DNA of 64,000 nucleotides from an uncultured Spirochaetota bacterium (GTDB taxonomy: Bacteria > Spirochaetota > Spirochaetia > SZUA-6 > Fen-1364). A program made the position numbers and the translations under genes. Below, piece by piece: positions 37,010-46,367 of this stretch (within the stretch, counting starts at the first letter, position 1; each line of letters begins with the position of its first letter). The notes beneath the pieces are model-generated. The model made no database searches. It was not told the DNA's origin and saw nothing but the letters and a program-made list of their open reading frames with translations. The DNA is taken from contig CAWJSK010000023.1 of NCBI GenBank assembly GCA_963845535.1, positions 32,001 to 96,000 on the forward strand, read 5' to 3'.

Positions 37010-37603
37010 GCTTGCTCGGGATCATCCTGACCTTCTCGCTGGTCGACAACATTGTCCTGTCCCGCCTGCTGGGGATTTGTCCGTGCGTGGGCGCCCCGGG
37101 CGGCATGCGCGCCACCGTCAGCACCTCCGCCGCCACCGCCCTGCTCATGAGCCTTTCAGCGCTTGCCGCCTGGGCGCTGGAGAGTTTCATCCTCGGTCCC
37201 TTGGGCCTCGAGTTCCTGCGCACGCCGGCTTTCGTGCTCAGCGTTGCCGGCATTGCCCGGCCTGCTTGACATCGGCGCCCGTCGCGCGGTGCCGCAGCTC
37301 CTGCGAGCCGCCGGCGTCCCCCTTGCCGGGATTGCCTTCAACTGCGCCACCCTCGGAGTTGTTCTGATTGCCGCAAAAGGAGGCTTCAATGCGCTGCAGA
37401 GCCTTGTCGTGGGCGTTGCGGCCGGCGCAGGCTTCTTCATTGCCCTCAGCCTTTTGACCGCAATCCGTGAAAGGCTCGAGGTGGAGAAAGTGCCGTCGTG
37501 GCTGCAAGGGCTCCCGCTTCACCTGATTTCCGCCGGGCTGCTCGCATACGCCTTCATGGCTTTCGACGGGGCTTTCCTGTCGAGACTCCTCCACGGTTGG
37601 TAG
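37006..37603 (+). CDS. rnfA: Rnf subunit A (extra C at 37256-37258 splits ORF; probable assembly error)
   Basis: NIVLSRLLGICP in first frame; FNCA, IRERL, GLPLHLISAGL..AF in second. Confidence 0.85.
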
Positions 37604-37612
37604 GACGGGCTC

Positions 37613-39658
37613 ATGAGAAAAGTACGATTGATCCTGGGCACCCATAACCACATTCCCATCGGCGCGGACCAGGCAACGGTGGAAAGGCGATACCAGAAAG
37701 CGTTCAAGCCGCTCCTGGCGGTGCTCTACCGCTACCCCGAGTTCCCGGTGGCTCTCCACTACAGCGGTGTCCTGCTGGAATGGCTGGAGGAGTCCCATCC
37801 CGAGTTCCTCATGCTCCTGGAGGAAATGGTGAAGCGCGGGCAGGTCGAGGTGCTCGGCGGCGGATACTTCGACCCCGTGCTGTCCCTCATCCCGACCAAC
37901 GACAAGCTGGGCCAGCTCGAGAAGATGACCACTTGGCTGCGGGGCCGTTTCGAGATTCGACCGCGGGGATGCTGGATAGCGGAGAAAGTCTGGGAACCGT
38001 CCCTCGCTTCCGTCCTGCGGGTGAGCGGGATCGACTACACGTTCCTTGACGACGGCCAGTTCCAGATTGCCGGTGTCCAGGACGGGCGCCTCTTTTGTCC
38101 CACCATCGCTGAAGATCAGGGGAAAATCATCTCCCTGCTGCCTATCTCAGCGGAGCTGAGGAAGCTCGCGGCCCGGCAGGACCCTGCCGCCGCAATCTCA
38201 TTCCTCCAATCCCTTGCCAATGAGGAAGCCGGGGGCCCCGCGGAGAGCACGCCCGTGGCAATCCTGCTTGAGGACGGGGTATTCGCCTCTGATGGCCTGC
38301 TGAAGGGGGACTGGCTGGACAGCTTCATCCGCAAGGCGCAGGAGAATGCCTCATGGCTGCAGGCAACCACCCCCGGCCAGTACCTCAGGGAGTACCCCCC
38401 CGTGGAGAGGCTGTACGTGCCGTCCCTGTCGTCCATGGACATGATGGGATGGGCGCTGGCTCCCGAGGTTCGCGGGAGGTACCTCGAAGCGCGCCGCAGG
38501 AGCTTTTCCGAAACGGACGCCGCGCGGTTCCTCGTGGGGGGGCACTTCCGCCAGTTCCTCACGCGGTACCCCGAGGCGTGGCTGATGTACGCCAAGATGA
38601 TGTACACCCACGTCATTGTGAACCAGGTCCGGGGAGACCGGTACAAGAAGAAAGCGGCGCAGAATGAGCTGTGGAAAGGCCAGTGCCACTTCGCCTACTG
38701 GTCGGGGATCGACGGCGGCATCTATGACAACCTTCTGCGCAAGGCTGTCTATCATTCGCTGATCGAGGCGGAGAAGATCACCCGCGCCACGGAGATCTTC
38801 GTCCCCTCCATCATGAGCGTCGACTACGACCTGGACAACGGAATCGAGTACCTCTACCAGGGCTCCGAGCTGAACGCGTACATCCACGGCAGGGGAGGAG
38901 CGCTTTTCGAGCTGGACTTCCTCCCCGCTTCCTGGAATTACCTCGACACCATGGTGCAAAGAGACGCCGTGGAGCTGCCGGGCGACATGGCGGGAGGCGG
39001 GACCGTCACGACGGGGACTTCCTATCCCCGCAAGGCATTCCTTGACCATTTCCTCGGGCCGCTGTCCGCGCTGGAGGATTTCCGCGCGGGCCGTTCCGTG
39101 GAAGCCGGCGACTTTCTCACCGGCGCCTATGACCTTGTGGAGCTGAACAGGGCGCTGCCGGAGCTCCTGATGCGAAGAACGGCGTCGGTGCGCACCGGGG
39201 ACGCGGTGGGGTTGATCGGGATCGAGAAGAGGTTCATGTTCCGCCCGCGCTCCATTGACGTCTATTACAAGGTATCGAACCTGGGAGACGGCGAAATGGC
39301 TTCGCGCTTCGGGGTGGAAATGAACGTCTCTCTTGCTGAAAGAAACGTGGAGAGCGGCAGGTTGTTCCTCCTGGACGAGGACAGGAAGTCTGAGATCAGC
39401 TCCGAGCCGCAGGAAATCGAGGGCGTACAGGGCTTGCTGGTGAGGGACGTGCGCAATGAGGTGTCCATCACGCTGTCATCCGCCAAGCCGTTCCTGTGCT
39501 GGAGCTTCCCGCTGGAAACGCTTACCCCCGGCGCGCCTGAGCGCCCTCCCACGTTCCAGTCCCATTGTTTCCTGCAGCAGTGGGACCTGCGCCTGCAGCC
39601 CGCCGAATCCTGGGAGAACCACTTGAGCGTGGGTTTCGAGAAAACGCAGAGCGCATAA
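37613..39658 (+). CDS. GH57 alpha-amylase/4-alpha-glucanotransferase family protein
   Basis: HNHIP, LHYSG, GGYFDP, WIAEKVW, FLTRYPE, QCH.AYW.G..GGIY..LRKA. Confidence 0.9.
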   Translation: MRKVRLILGTHNHIPIGADQATVERRYQKAFKPLLAVLYRYPEFPVALHYSGVLLEWLEESHPEFLMLLEEMVKRGQVEVLGGGYFDPVLSLIPTNDKLGQLEKMTTWLRGRFEIRPRGCWIAEKVWEPSLASVLRVSGIDYTFLDDGQFQIAGVQDGRLFCPTIAEDQGKIISLLPISAELRKLAARQDPAAAISFLQSLANEEAGGPAESTPVAILLEDGVFASDGLLKGDWLDSFIRKAQENASWLQATTPGQYLREYPPVERLYVPSLSSMDMMGWALAPEVRGRYLEARRRSFSETDAARFLVGGHFRQFLTRYPEAWLMYAKMMYTHVIVNQVRGDRYKKKAAQNELWKGQCHFAYWSGIDGGIYDNLLRKAVYHSLIEAEKITRATEIFVPSIMSVDYDLDNGIEYLYQGSELNAYIHGRGGALFELDFLPASWNYLDTMVQRDAVELPGDMAGGGTVTTGTSYPRKAFLDHFLGPLSALEDFRAGRSVEAGDFLTGAYDLVELNRALPELLMRRTASVRTGDAVGLIGIEKRFMFRPRSIDVYYKVSNLGDGEMASRFGVEMNVSLAERNVESGRLFLLDEDRKSEISSEPQEIEGVQGLLVRDVRNEVSITLSSAKPFLCWSFPLETLTPGAPERPPTFQSHCFLQQWDLRLQPAESWENHLSVGFEKTQSA

Positions 39659-39692
39659 GCACGCCGAAGGAGGCGGGCGAAGGCGTGAGGCG

Positions 39693-40942
39693 CTACTTGT
39701 CTTCCTTCTCGAGCTGCCGGAAGCACGCATCTTTCCACAGCTCGACCTCATGGTAATACGAGTCGTCAGCGAGCAGGAACTCCAGGAGCGCCTCCCGAGG
39801 GCGATTGTTGAAGAAGTACGTCTGGCCCAGGTAGAAATGCGCGCGCGCCTGCACGTCCGCCGGCCTGTTCAGGCTCAGGAAATCAAGAAGCTGGTTTTCC
39901 GCCGCCGGGGCGTCTCCTGCGGAGAACGGCCCCTTGACGATCCCCTGGAGCAGGGTCTCATCCCTGTCCGGGGATGGCGTGGCCTCCGCGGGAAGGACCG
40001 ATCGATTCATCTGCGGCTGGGCAGGCTCGGGCACTGCGGCAAGAAGCACCGCGAGGGCCTTCTGCGTTTTGGCGGATACGGACCGAACGGGAGGAAGCCC
40101 CGGAAGGGCAATGCCCGGCAAGGGCCTGCCCGTTCGAATGCCGTATGTGATCTCCAGGGAAGGGAGGGGAAGCGTCCTTCGATTGATGAATGGGGAGGCA
40201 AGCGCGGACGCGCCGGCTGCCAGGGGATCTGCACCGGGTCCACGGTGGTGTTGGCCCCCGCGCTGATGGCAACCGTGCCCAGCTTGAAGAGGCCCGCGTC
40301 AAGAACGGTGAACCAGTAGTCGACTCCGGGGAGGGCGGGGATCAGCGCTTGCGTGGTGCCGGCGTCCAGTTGCGTTGCCGAACCCGAGCGCAAGAGGTCC
40401 TCTGCGCTCATCACCGGCGCGGTGCTTCGAAAGAGAAGGAGGTCCCGGGTTGCGCTGGAAGAGTCGAACGAGACCTCGATTGCGTCACCGCGCTGGGTCG
40501 GGACCGCGTGAATGGCGCTGACGTGAGCGGCCAATTGCTCCTCCGTCGCGGGGGTCGTGACCGCAACGGCGGCCGTTGTCTTGTTTCGAAACAGGATGAG
40601 AGTGGAAAACTGCTTCCCCGCGGAATCCTGGGCAAGGACAGCGTAAAAGTATCCCTTGTCATCAGGCGGCGTGTCGATGAAGTACTGCACGCCAGGGTCG
40701 ACCTGGCCCAGGGCTTGAGCGTTTGCAAGATTTTCCGAGGTGATTTCCTGGTCGTAACGGTACACCGTGTATCTGGCAACTTTGTCCGGGGAGTCCCGCC
40801 AGCTCAGCTTGACCTGGAAACCCGCGCTTTCTGCCTTGAGCATCGAGACAAACGGGAAAGGGAGCTCGGCTTCATCCTGGGAGAAGGCGAGGAACGAGGA
40901 AAAAAGGAACAACGCCACCGCCGCGGCGCGCGCGCCCGTCAT
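39693..40942 (-). CDS. Secreted hypothetical protein with C-terminal TPR-like segment (frameshift in run at 40223-40226)
   Basis: SD GGAGGT, signal peptide from ATG 40942; ORFs 40007-41011 and 39693-40121 join if one C is restored. Confidence 0.72.
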
Positions 40943-41045
40943 GAGACCTCCACCTCTTCCATTGTTGTGAGATTCACCGCCATTGTCCAGGGTAAACGTG
41001 AATCCGCGCATTCGGACGACCTCCGCGCGGATTACCGATTTCCAT

Positions 41046-41075
41046 TTGACACGTGCGCATCAAAAGCCATAAACT
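41046..41075 (+). promoter_or_regulatory. Promoter TTGACA-N18-TAAACT upstream of the cas2-like/prfB gene run
   Basis: ATG 41086 is 10 nt after the -10; no SD. Confidence 0.6.
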
Positions 41076-41085
41076 CGTGGCCGAT

Positions 41086-41358
41086 ATGTTTGTCGCTGTT
41101 TCCTGCGACTTCGCGAGCGACGACCATCGCAGGTCCGGCCATGATCTCCTGGGCCAGTATGGCTTCAAGAAGGTGCTCAAGGACTCTTTTGAGAGCACGA
41201 CGCTTTCGCCAACTGCCCTGAGCCGGCTGAAAAAAGACCTCGACGAAATCGCGGATTCGTACGACGGCGTTCGTCTGTACCAGTATCCCGTGGAGGGAAC
41301 CCTGGCCATAACGATTTTGAAGGAAAAGAAATGGCGACGCCTGATCGTCAAAACATGA
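41086..41358 (+). CDS. Orphan Cas2/VapD-like protein
   Basis: 90 aa; MFVAVSCD (beta1 plus Asp), YGFKKVLKDSFE, DSYDGVRLY resemble the Cas2 pattern. Confidence 0.65.
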   Translation: MFVAVSCDFASDDHRRSGHDLLGQYGFKKVLKDSFESTTLSPTALSRLKKDLDEIADSYDGVRLYQYPVEGTLAITILKEKKWRRLIVKT

Positions 41359-41368
41359 AGGAGCGCCC

Positions 41369-42497
41369 GTGCTAGGAGAGTTGGAACAGAAACTGACGTC
41401 CCTCGGAGAGCAGATCCAGGAAACCTGGAGGGGTCTTTGACCCGGAAACGCTGAAGAGAGAGATCGCGGAGATAGAGAAGCAGACCGCTCACCCGGATTT
41501 CTGGCTGGACAAGGAACAGGCCGGCAAGGCGCTCTCAAGGCTCAAGGAGCTGAAGGGCCGCTACGAGCCGTGGGAGAAGCTGCGCTCGGAGTATGAGGAC
41601 CTGGCCGGGATCTGGCGGATGGCCCTGGAGGAAAGAGACGAATCCCTGGAGGAGGACCTGCGCCGGTCCTGGGAGAACCTTTCGAAAAAGTATGACGAGC
41701 TGAAGGTGCTCGAGCTGCTGGGGGAGGAAACAGACCCGTTCTCCGCCTTTGTCACCGTCCACTCGGGAGCAGGCGGCAATGAAGCCAACGACTGGGCGGG
41801 GATGCTCCTGCGCATGTACACGCGATGGTCGGAACGCCACGGGTACACGGTGGACATCATCGACATCCTGGAGGCCGAGGGCGGGATCAAGAGCGTCACC
41901 GTCCAGGTGAACGGCGCATACGCGTACGGCTACCTGAAAGCGGAGACGGGCATCCACCGTCTGGTCCGCATATCACCTTTCGACTCCAACGCCCGGCGGC
42001 ACACCTCGTTCGCGTCGGTGTTCTGCTTCCCCGTCCTTGATGACACCATTGACGTGGACATCCGCCCCGAGGACCTGCGCATCGACACCTACCGGGCCGG
42101 CGGCGCCGGCGGCCAGCACGTGAACAAGACGGACTCCGCGGTCCGCATCACGCACCTGCCCACCGGGATCGTCGTGCAGTGCCAGAACGAGCGCAGCCAG
42201 TACAAGAACAAGGCTTTTGCCATGAAGGTTCTCCGCTCCCGCCTGTATGAGCACTACAAGGAGGAGCAGGAAAAGGAAAACGAAAAGCTCGCGCAGGAAA
42301 AGAAAGAAATCTCCTGGGGAAACCAGATCCGCTCCTACACGTTCCAGCCCTATACCCTGGTCAAGGACCACCGCACCAAGCACGAGGCCGGCAACATCCA
42401 GGCCGTCATGGATGGGGAGATCGATCCCTTCATCGAGGCGTACCTGAAGCAGCAGTGGCTCGGGAAGAAAGATGGCGGTCAACGTACTGATAGCTGA
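41369..42497 (+). CDS. prfB: Peptide chain release factor 2 (programmed +1 frameshift at CTT-TGA-C, 41435-41441)
   Basis: SD AAGGAG plus GTG 41369; internal SD-like GGAGGGG before CTTTGAC; SPF and GGQ motifs. Confidence 0.97.
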
Positions 42498-42840
42498 TGA
42501 CCTCGCGTTCATCAAGATCGTCCTGCGGGACATCCTGGAAAAGTCAGGCTTCCGAGTCGTCGGGGAAGCCTCCACGGGGGAAGAGGCCATTGCGCGTTAC
42601 CTCGATACGCGGCCTGACGTGGTTCTCATGGACATCACGATGCCCGGAATGGACGGGCTGACCGCGCTCCAGAAGATCCGGGAGATTGATCCCGCCGCTC
42701 GCGTCATCATCTGCTCCGCAATCGGCCAGCAACGCCTGATCCTCCAGGCCATCGAGATGGGAGCCAAGGATTTCATCGTCAAGCCGTTCCAGCCTCAGAG
42801 GGTGGTTTCCGCCCTCAAGAAGGCGCTCAACATCTCGTGA
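42472..42840 (+). CDS. Single-domain response regulator (CheY-like)
   Basis: ADD, MDITMPGMDG, CSA, VKPF. Confidence 0.93.
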   Translation: MAVNVLIADDLAFIKIVLRDILEKSGFRVVGEASTGEEAIARYLDTRPDVVLMDITMPGMDGLTALQKIREIDPAARVIICSAIGQQRLILQAIEMGAKDFIVKPFQPQRVVSALKKALNIS

Positions 42841-44396
42841 TGAAAGCCGGGGTCGCTTTCCTGCTCCTGGCGCTCGTGCCGCTCGCGCCGCTTCTCTCGC
42901 AGACCGCCACATTGCCCGGCGCAACGACAACGACGCCTGCGAGCACTTCCACGACCACTCCGGGGACAACCACGCCTTCGACCTCGACTTCCACCCCGGC
43001 GGCGGCCGCGAACCCCGCCAAACCCGATCTCTCCATCCCGGCGGACAAAAAAGACACGTGGGTGGTCGGGTTCTGCGCCTTCAACGCGGAACGCCTCCCT
43101 GCGGAAGACCAGTACCTCACCTACAGCATCCCGCAGATGCTGAAAAACCAGCTTGCGGGGCTGACCTCCCATACGCTGTCCGACGCGGAGCGCAAACAGC
43201 TTCGAAAGAACCTCGTGTCCCACGAGCTGGACACCGTGGACCAGAACATCTCAGGCTTCTTCAAGGAGCGTGATGCGCTGTTCCTCAACTCCTTTGGTCC
43301 CGACGTCCCGTCCACCGAAACGGTGGATGACAAGATACGGGCCGCGCTGGCCCGCAAGGACTTCCTCAAAACGCTGGATCTCAATCTCATCAAGGTGGCC
43401 GAGCAGAAGACCCTGGAGGTCAAGGAAGGGACCGGCGTGGGGAAGCTTTTCGACGCCCTGTCCATCCCCGCGTCCGTGTTCTGCGAACGCCAGGGGATCG
43501 ACCTGCTCGTGGGGGGGATGGTTCGTGAGGTCGAAGGCTATATTCTCCTGGACATCTGGGCATATGACGCAACCACCCGGACCGTGGAGGTGAGCTTTCG
43601 GGACGCCGCGCTGAAAGAGGAGGTGTATCAGTCCGTGCCCCAGGCGGGTACGGAGCTCACCGGGCTTTTCCTGGGCAAGCCCTGGGCAACCATCTCCTTC
43701 TTGCCTGATCCTCCGCAAAGCTCGCTGTACGTGAACGGGAAGCTTGTTGCAACGGGCAGAACGCCGGTGCTGTACCTGGCGCCGGGGACCGTGGAGATCA
43801 CGGTTTCGGCCCCGGGCTATCGGGACCTCACGCAAACCATGACGTTGTCGGCGGATCAGGACAGCTCACTCGCCGTCACCCTGGAGAAAAAAGAAGCGGG
43901 GACCGTTCTCATCACATCCACGCCGTCGGGCGCGGATGTTTACGTGGAATCCGTGTGGAAGGGCAGGACGCCCCTTGCCCTGGAAAAGCCCTATGATCGG
44001 ACGCGGGTGGACATCACGCAAAAGGGCTACTACGACATGCCTTTTTCCGTCAGCGAAAGCTCGCCGTCGGAGATGGGCTTTGTCCTGCAGCCGGACGCGG
44101 TTTCCCGGGACGCGCTCCAGAAACAAGCGCGGGACCAGTTCTACAATTCCTTTGCCTTGTTCGTTGTTTCGGTGCCCATTCCCCTTTTCTCCTACGCATT
44201 TGCCCTCAACTCATCCGTCCAGACCAATGAGCTGGTGGCGCAGGGAAATACCGCCCAGGCCTTGAGCGCCCAGGCAAGAACAAGCGTCTATTATGACATT
44301 TATATTGCGGGCACCGTCGTCAGCGCGGCCCTTTTTACCTGGATGATCATCCGGATAATCCATTACGTCTCGGTCTCCACGCGGACGGCCGGTTAG
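42837..44396 (+). CDS. PEGA-domain protein
   Basis: Signal peptide, Thr-rich linker, two PEGA repeats (ITSTPSGADVYV...GRTPL), C-terminal hydrophobic helices. Confidence 0.85.
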   Translation: MMKAGVAFLLLALVPLAPLLSQTATLPGATTTTPASTSTTTPGTTTPSTSTSTPAAAANPAKPDLSIPADKKDTWVVGFCAFNAERLPAEDQYLTYSIPQMLKNQLAGLTSHTLSDAERKQLRKNLVSHELDTVDQNISGFFKERDALFLNSFGPDVPSTETVDDKIRAALARKDFLKTLDLNLIKVAEQKTLEVKEGTGVGKLFDALSIPASVFCERQGIDLLVGGMVREVEGYILLDIWAYDATTRTVEVSFRDAALKEEVYQSVPQAGTELTGLFLGKPWATISFLPDPPQSSLYVNGKLVATGRTPVLYLAPGTVEITVSAPGYRDLTQTMTLSADQDSSLAVTLEKKEAGTVLITSTPSGADVYVESVWKGRTPLALEKPYDRTRVDITQKGYYDMPFSVSESSPSEMGFVLQPDAVSRDALQKQARDQFYNSFALFVVSVPIPLFSYAFALNSSVQTNELVAQGNTAQALSAQARTSVYYDIYIAGTVVSAALFTWMIIRIIHYVSVSTRTAG

Positions 44397-44405
44397 GAAT
44401 TGCAC

Positions 44406-45284
44406 ATGGCATGGTTGGGGCTCGGGAAACGGCTGCGGGAAATCTTTCAGACCCGGGAGTTCGACGGAAAGTTCTTCGAGGATCTCGAGGATGCGTTGAT
44501 CGAAGCGGACGTCGGCGTCCGCCTCGCTTCGCAGACCATCGAGGCCCTCCAGGAGGCTTCCCGCACGGACGGGATCACGACCCGCGAAGGCCTGCGCAAG
44601 GCCCTCAAGAGCATCCTCGGCAGGGACATCGTCCGGGCCGACCTTGCGCTCGTCCCTGACGCGTTGAACGTGCTCGTCGTGCTGGGAGTGAACGGAGTGG
44701 GGAAGACCACGACCATCGCCAAGCTGGCCAGATATTTCCAGACCGCGCGCGGCGTGGATCGCATTCTCCTCGTGGCGGGGGACACGTTTCGAGCGGCGGC
44801 CATCGACCAGCTCAAGATCCTCGGGCAGCGGTTGAACCTGCCCGTGATAGCTCAGGAGCCGGGGGCGGATACGGGGGCGGTGATTTTCGACGGAATCTCG
44901 GCCGCATCCGCCCGGGGCATTCCCCTGGTCATCGCCGACACGGCGGGCAGGCTGCACACGAAGGACGCCCTGGTCAAGGAGCTGGCCAAGATCGACAAGA
45001 TCGTGAAAGCGCGCGCGGGAGGCGCGGGATACCGCAAGCTGCTGGTCCTCGACGCCACAACGGGGCAGAACTCCCTTGCCCAGGCGGAGGTTTTCCACAA
45101 GGCTGTGGGGATAGATTCCATCGTTCTCACGAAGATGGACTCGACCGCCAAGGGCGGCATGGTGGTGCCCATCTGCCGGGAGCTCGGGATCCCGATTTCT
45201 TTTATCGGCTACGGGGAGAAGCTCGAGGACCTTCAGGTCTTCGACCCGGAGCAATACCTGGCGTCGGTCCTCGGAGAATCGTAA
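44406..45284 (+). CDS. ftsY: SRP receptor FtsY (NG domain only)
   Basis: GVNGVGKTT, DTFRAAA, DTAGR, DATTGQN, TKMD. Confidence 0.96.
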   Translation: MAWLGLGKRLREIFQTREFDGKFFEDLEDALIEADVGVRLASQTIEALQEASRTDGITTREGLRKALKSILGRDIVRADLALVPDALNVLVVLGVNGVGKTTTIAKLARYFQTARGVDRILLVAGDTFRAAAIDQLKILGQRLNLPVIAQEPGADTGAVIFDGISAASARGIPLVIADTAGRLHTKDALVKELAKIDKIVKARAGGAGYRKLLVLDATTGQNSLAQAEVFHKAVGIDSIVLTKMDSTAKGGMVVPICRELGIPISFIGYGEKLEDLQVFDPEQYLASVLGES

Positions 45285-46367
45285 GTGCGAAACTCCTCCC
45301 TGCTCTTCGTTTTCCTCCTGGCCGCGTTTCCGCTGCTTGCAGCCTCCGCGATCTATCGATCCAACGATTTCGGGATGCAGCTCGAGCCCGTCCCCTCATG
45401 GCGTCGCGACGAGCTTCAGTGGGTCCTCGAGGTGACCGCCCGGGCGAACGGGGAAACACGACGCCTCTTCCAGGACGGCAAAGAGGTGCGGCGATGGGAG
45501 ACATCGCGCGCCGCGGACGGCCGAACGGAAGAGCAGGAGCTTGCCGGCGGCGCGCTCGTGACGCTGCGCCGGTACGCGCCCAACGGAGACCTCCTGGAAG
45601 AGGATCAGTACAGCAAAGGAAAGCTTTCGCGGAAATCGCTGTACACCTACGCCTCCTCCCGCGTGACGCGCGTACGGGTGCTCGGCCCCGACGGCGCGCT
45701 GGAGTACAACAAGGACTATTTCTATGCCTCCCGCGGGAGCCTCCGTGAGGTGAGACAGACGGGAGGACAAGAGGAGACGCGGGTTTCCGCTTTCGTGGCC
45801 GGGCGTTCGGGCCCTTCCGAGGAATGGAACAGAAACGGTAATGACCTCTTTCTCTCCCGGTTCGACGACAGGGGCCGGACCGTGGAGAGAGAGCACCGTG
45901 CGGGGAAGGACCTTGTGTCGCGGGAAGACTTCGTCTACCGCAAGGACTCCGTTGACCTGCTTTCCGCCGTCGAGACGTTGCCGGGAGAAGGGAAGGTCAT
46001 CACTCGTTCGTACGACTCCTCGGGAAGGCTCGAAGCTGAGACCATGTCGGTGGCCGGGAAGGTGGTGCAGGAGACCGGATACGGGCGGGATGACAAGGGC
46101 AGGCTGACGCGGGAGCTCCGCCGGGGCGCCTCAGGCCTGGAGGAATGGCGATACACGCTCGACCCGGCCGGAAAGGTCACACGGGAGGAATACTTTCGCC
46201 GCGGCTCGCTGGAAAAAGTGACCCTCTACGGACAAGACAACGCGCGGACGGAGGAGCTCTACCAGGGCGGCAGCCTTTTCATGAAGGTCTCCTATAAAGG
46301 AGAGACCCGCACGCGTGAGGAGGTCTACGCGGACGGCAAGGTCGTGAAAGAGAGGAGCTTCCCGTGA
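45285..46367 (+). CDS. Secreted hypothetical protein with YD/RHS-like repeats
   Basis: Signal peptide; recurring units RYAPNGD, RFDDRGR, SYDSSGR, RDDKGR. Confidence 0.7.
   Translation: MRNSSLLFVFLLAAFPLLAASAIYRSNDFGMQLEPVPSWRRDELQWVLEVTARANGETRRLFQDGKEVRRWETSRAADGRTEEQELAGGALVTLRRYAPNGDLLEEDQYSKGKLSRKSLYTYASSRVTRVRVLGPDGALEYNKDYFYASRGSLREVRQTGGQEETRVSAFVAGRSGPSEEWNRNGNDLFLSRFDDRGRTVEREHRAGKDLVSREDFVYRKDSVDLLSAVETLPGEGKVITRSYDSSGRLEAETMSVAGKVVQETGYGRDDKGRLTRELRRGASGLEEWRYTLDPAGKVTREEYFRRGSLEKVTLYGQDNARTEELYQGGSLFMKVSYKGETRTREEVYADGKVVKERSFP

Noticed and set aside
37240..37270. Programmed frameshifting in rnfA, aroB or PHP
   Set aside because: No slippery heptamer or internal SD signature; the pattern fits indel errors
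40943..41368. CRISPR-Cas locus around the Cas2-like gene
   Set aside because: No repeat-spacer array and no other cas gene seen anywhere in the window
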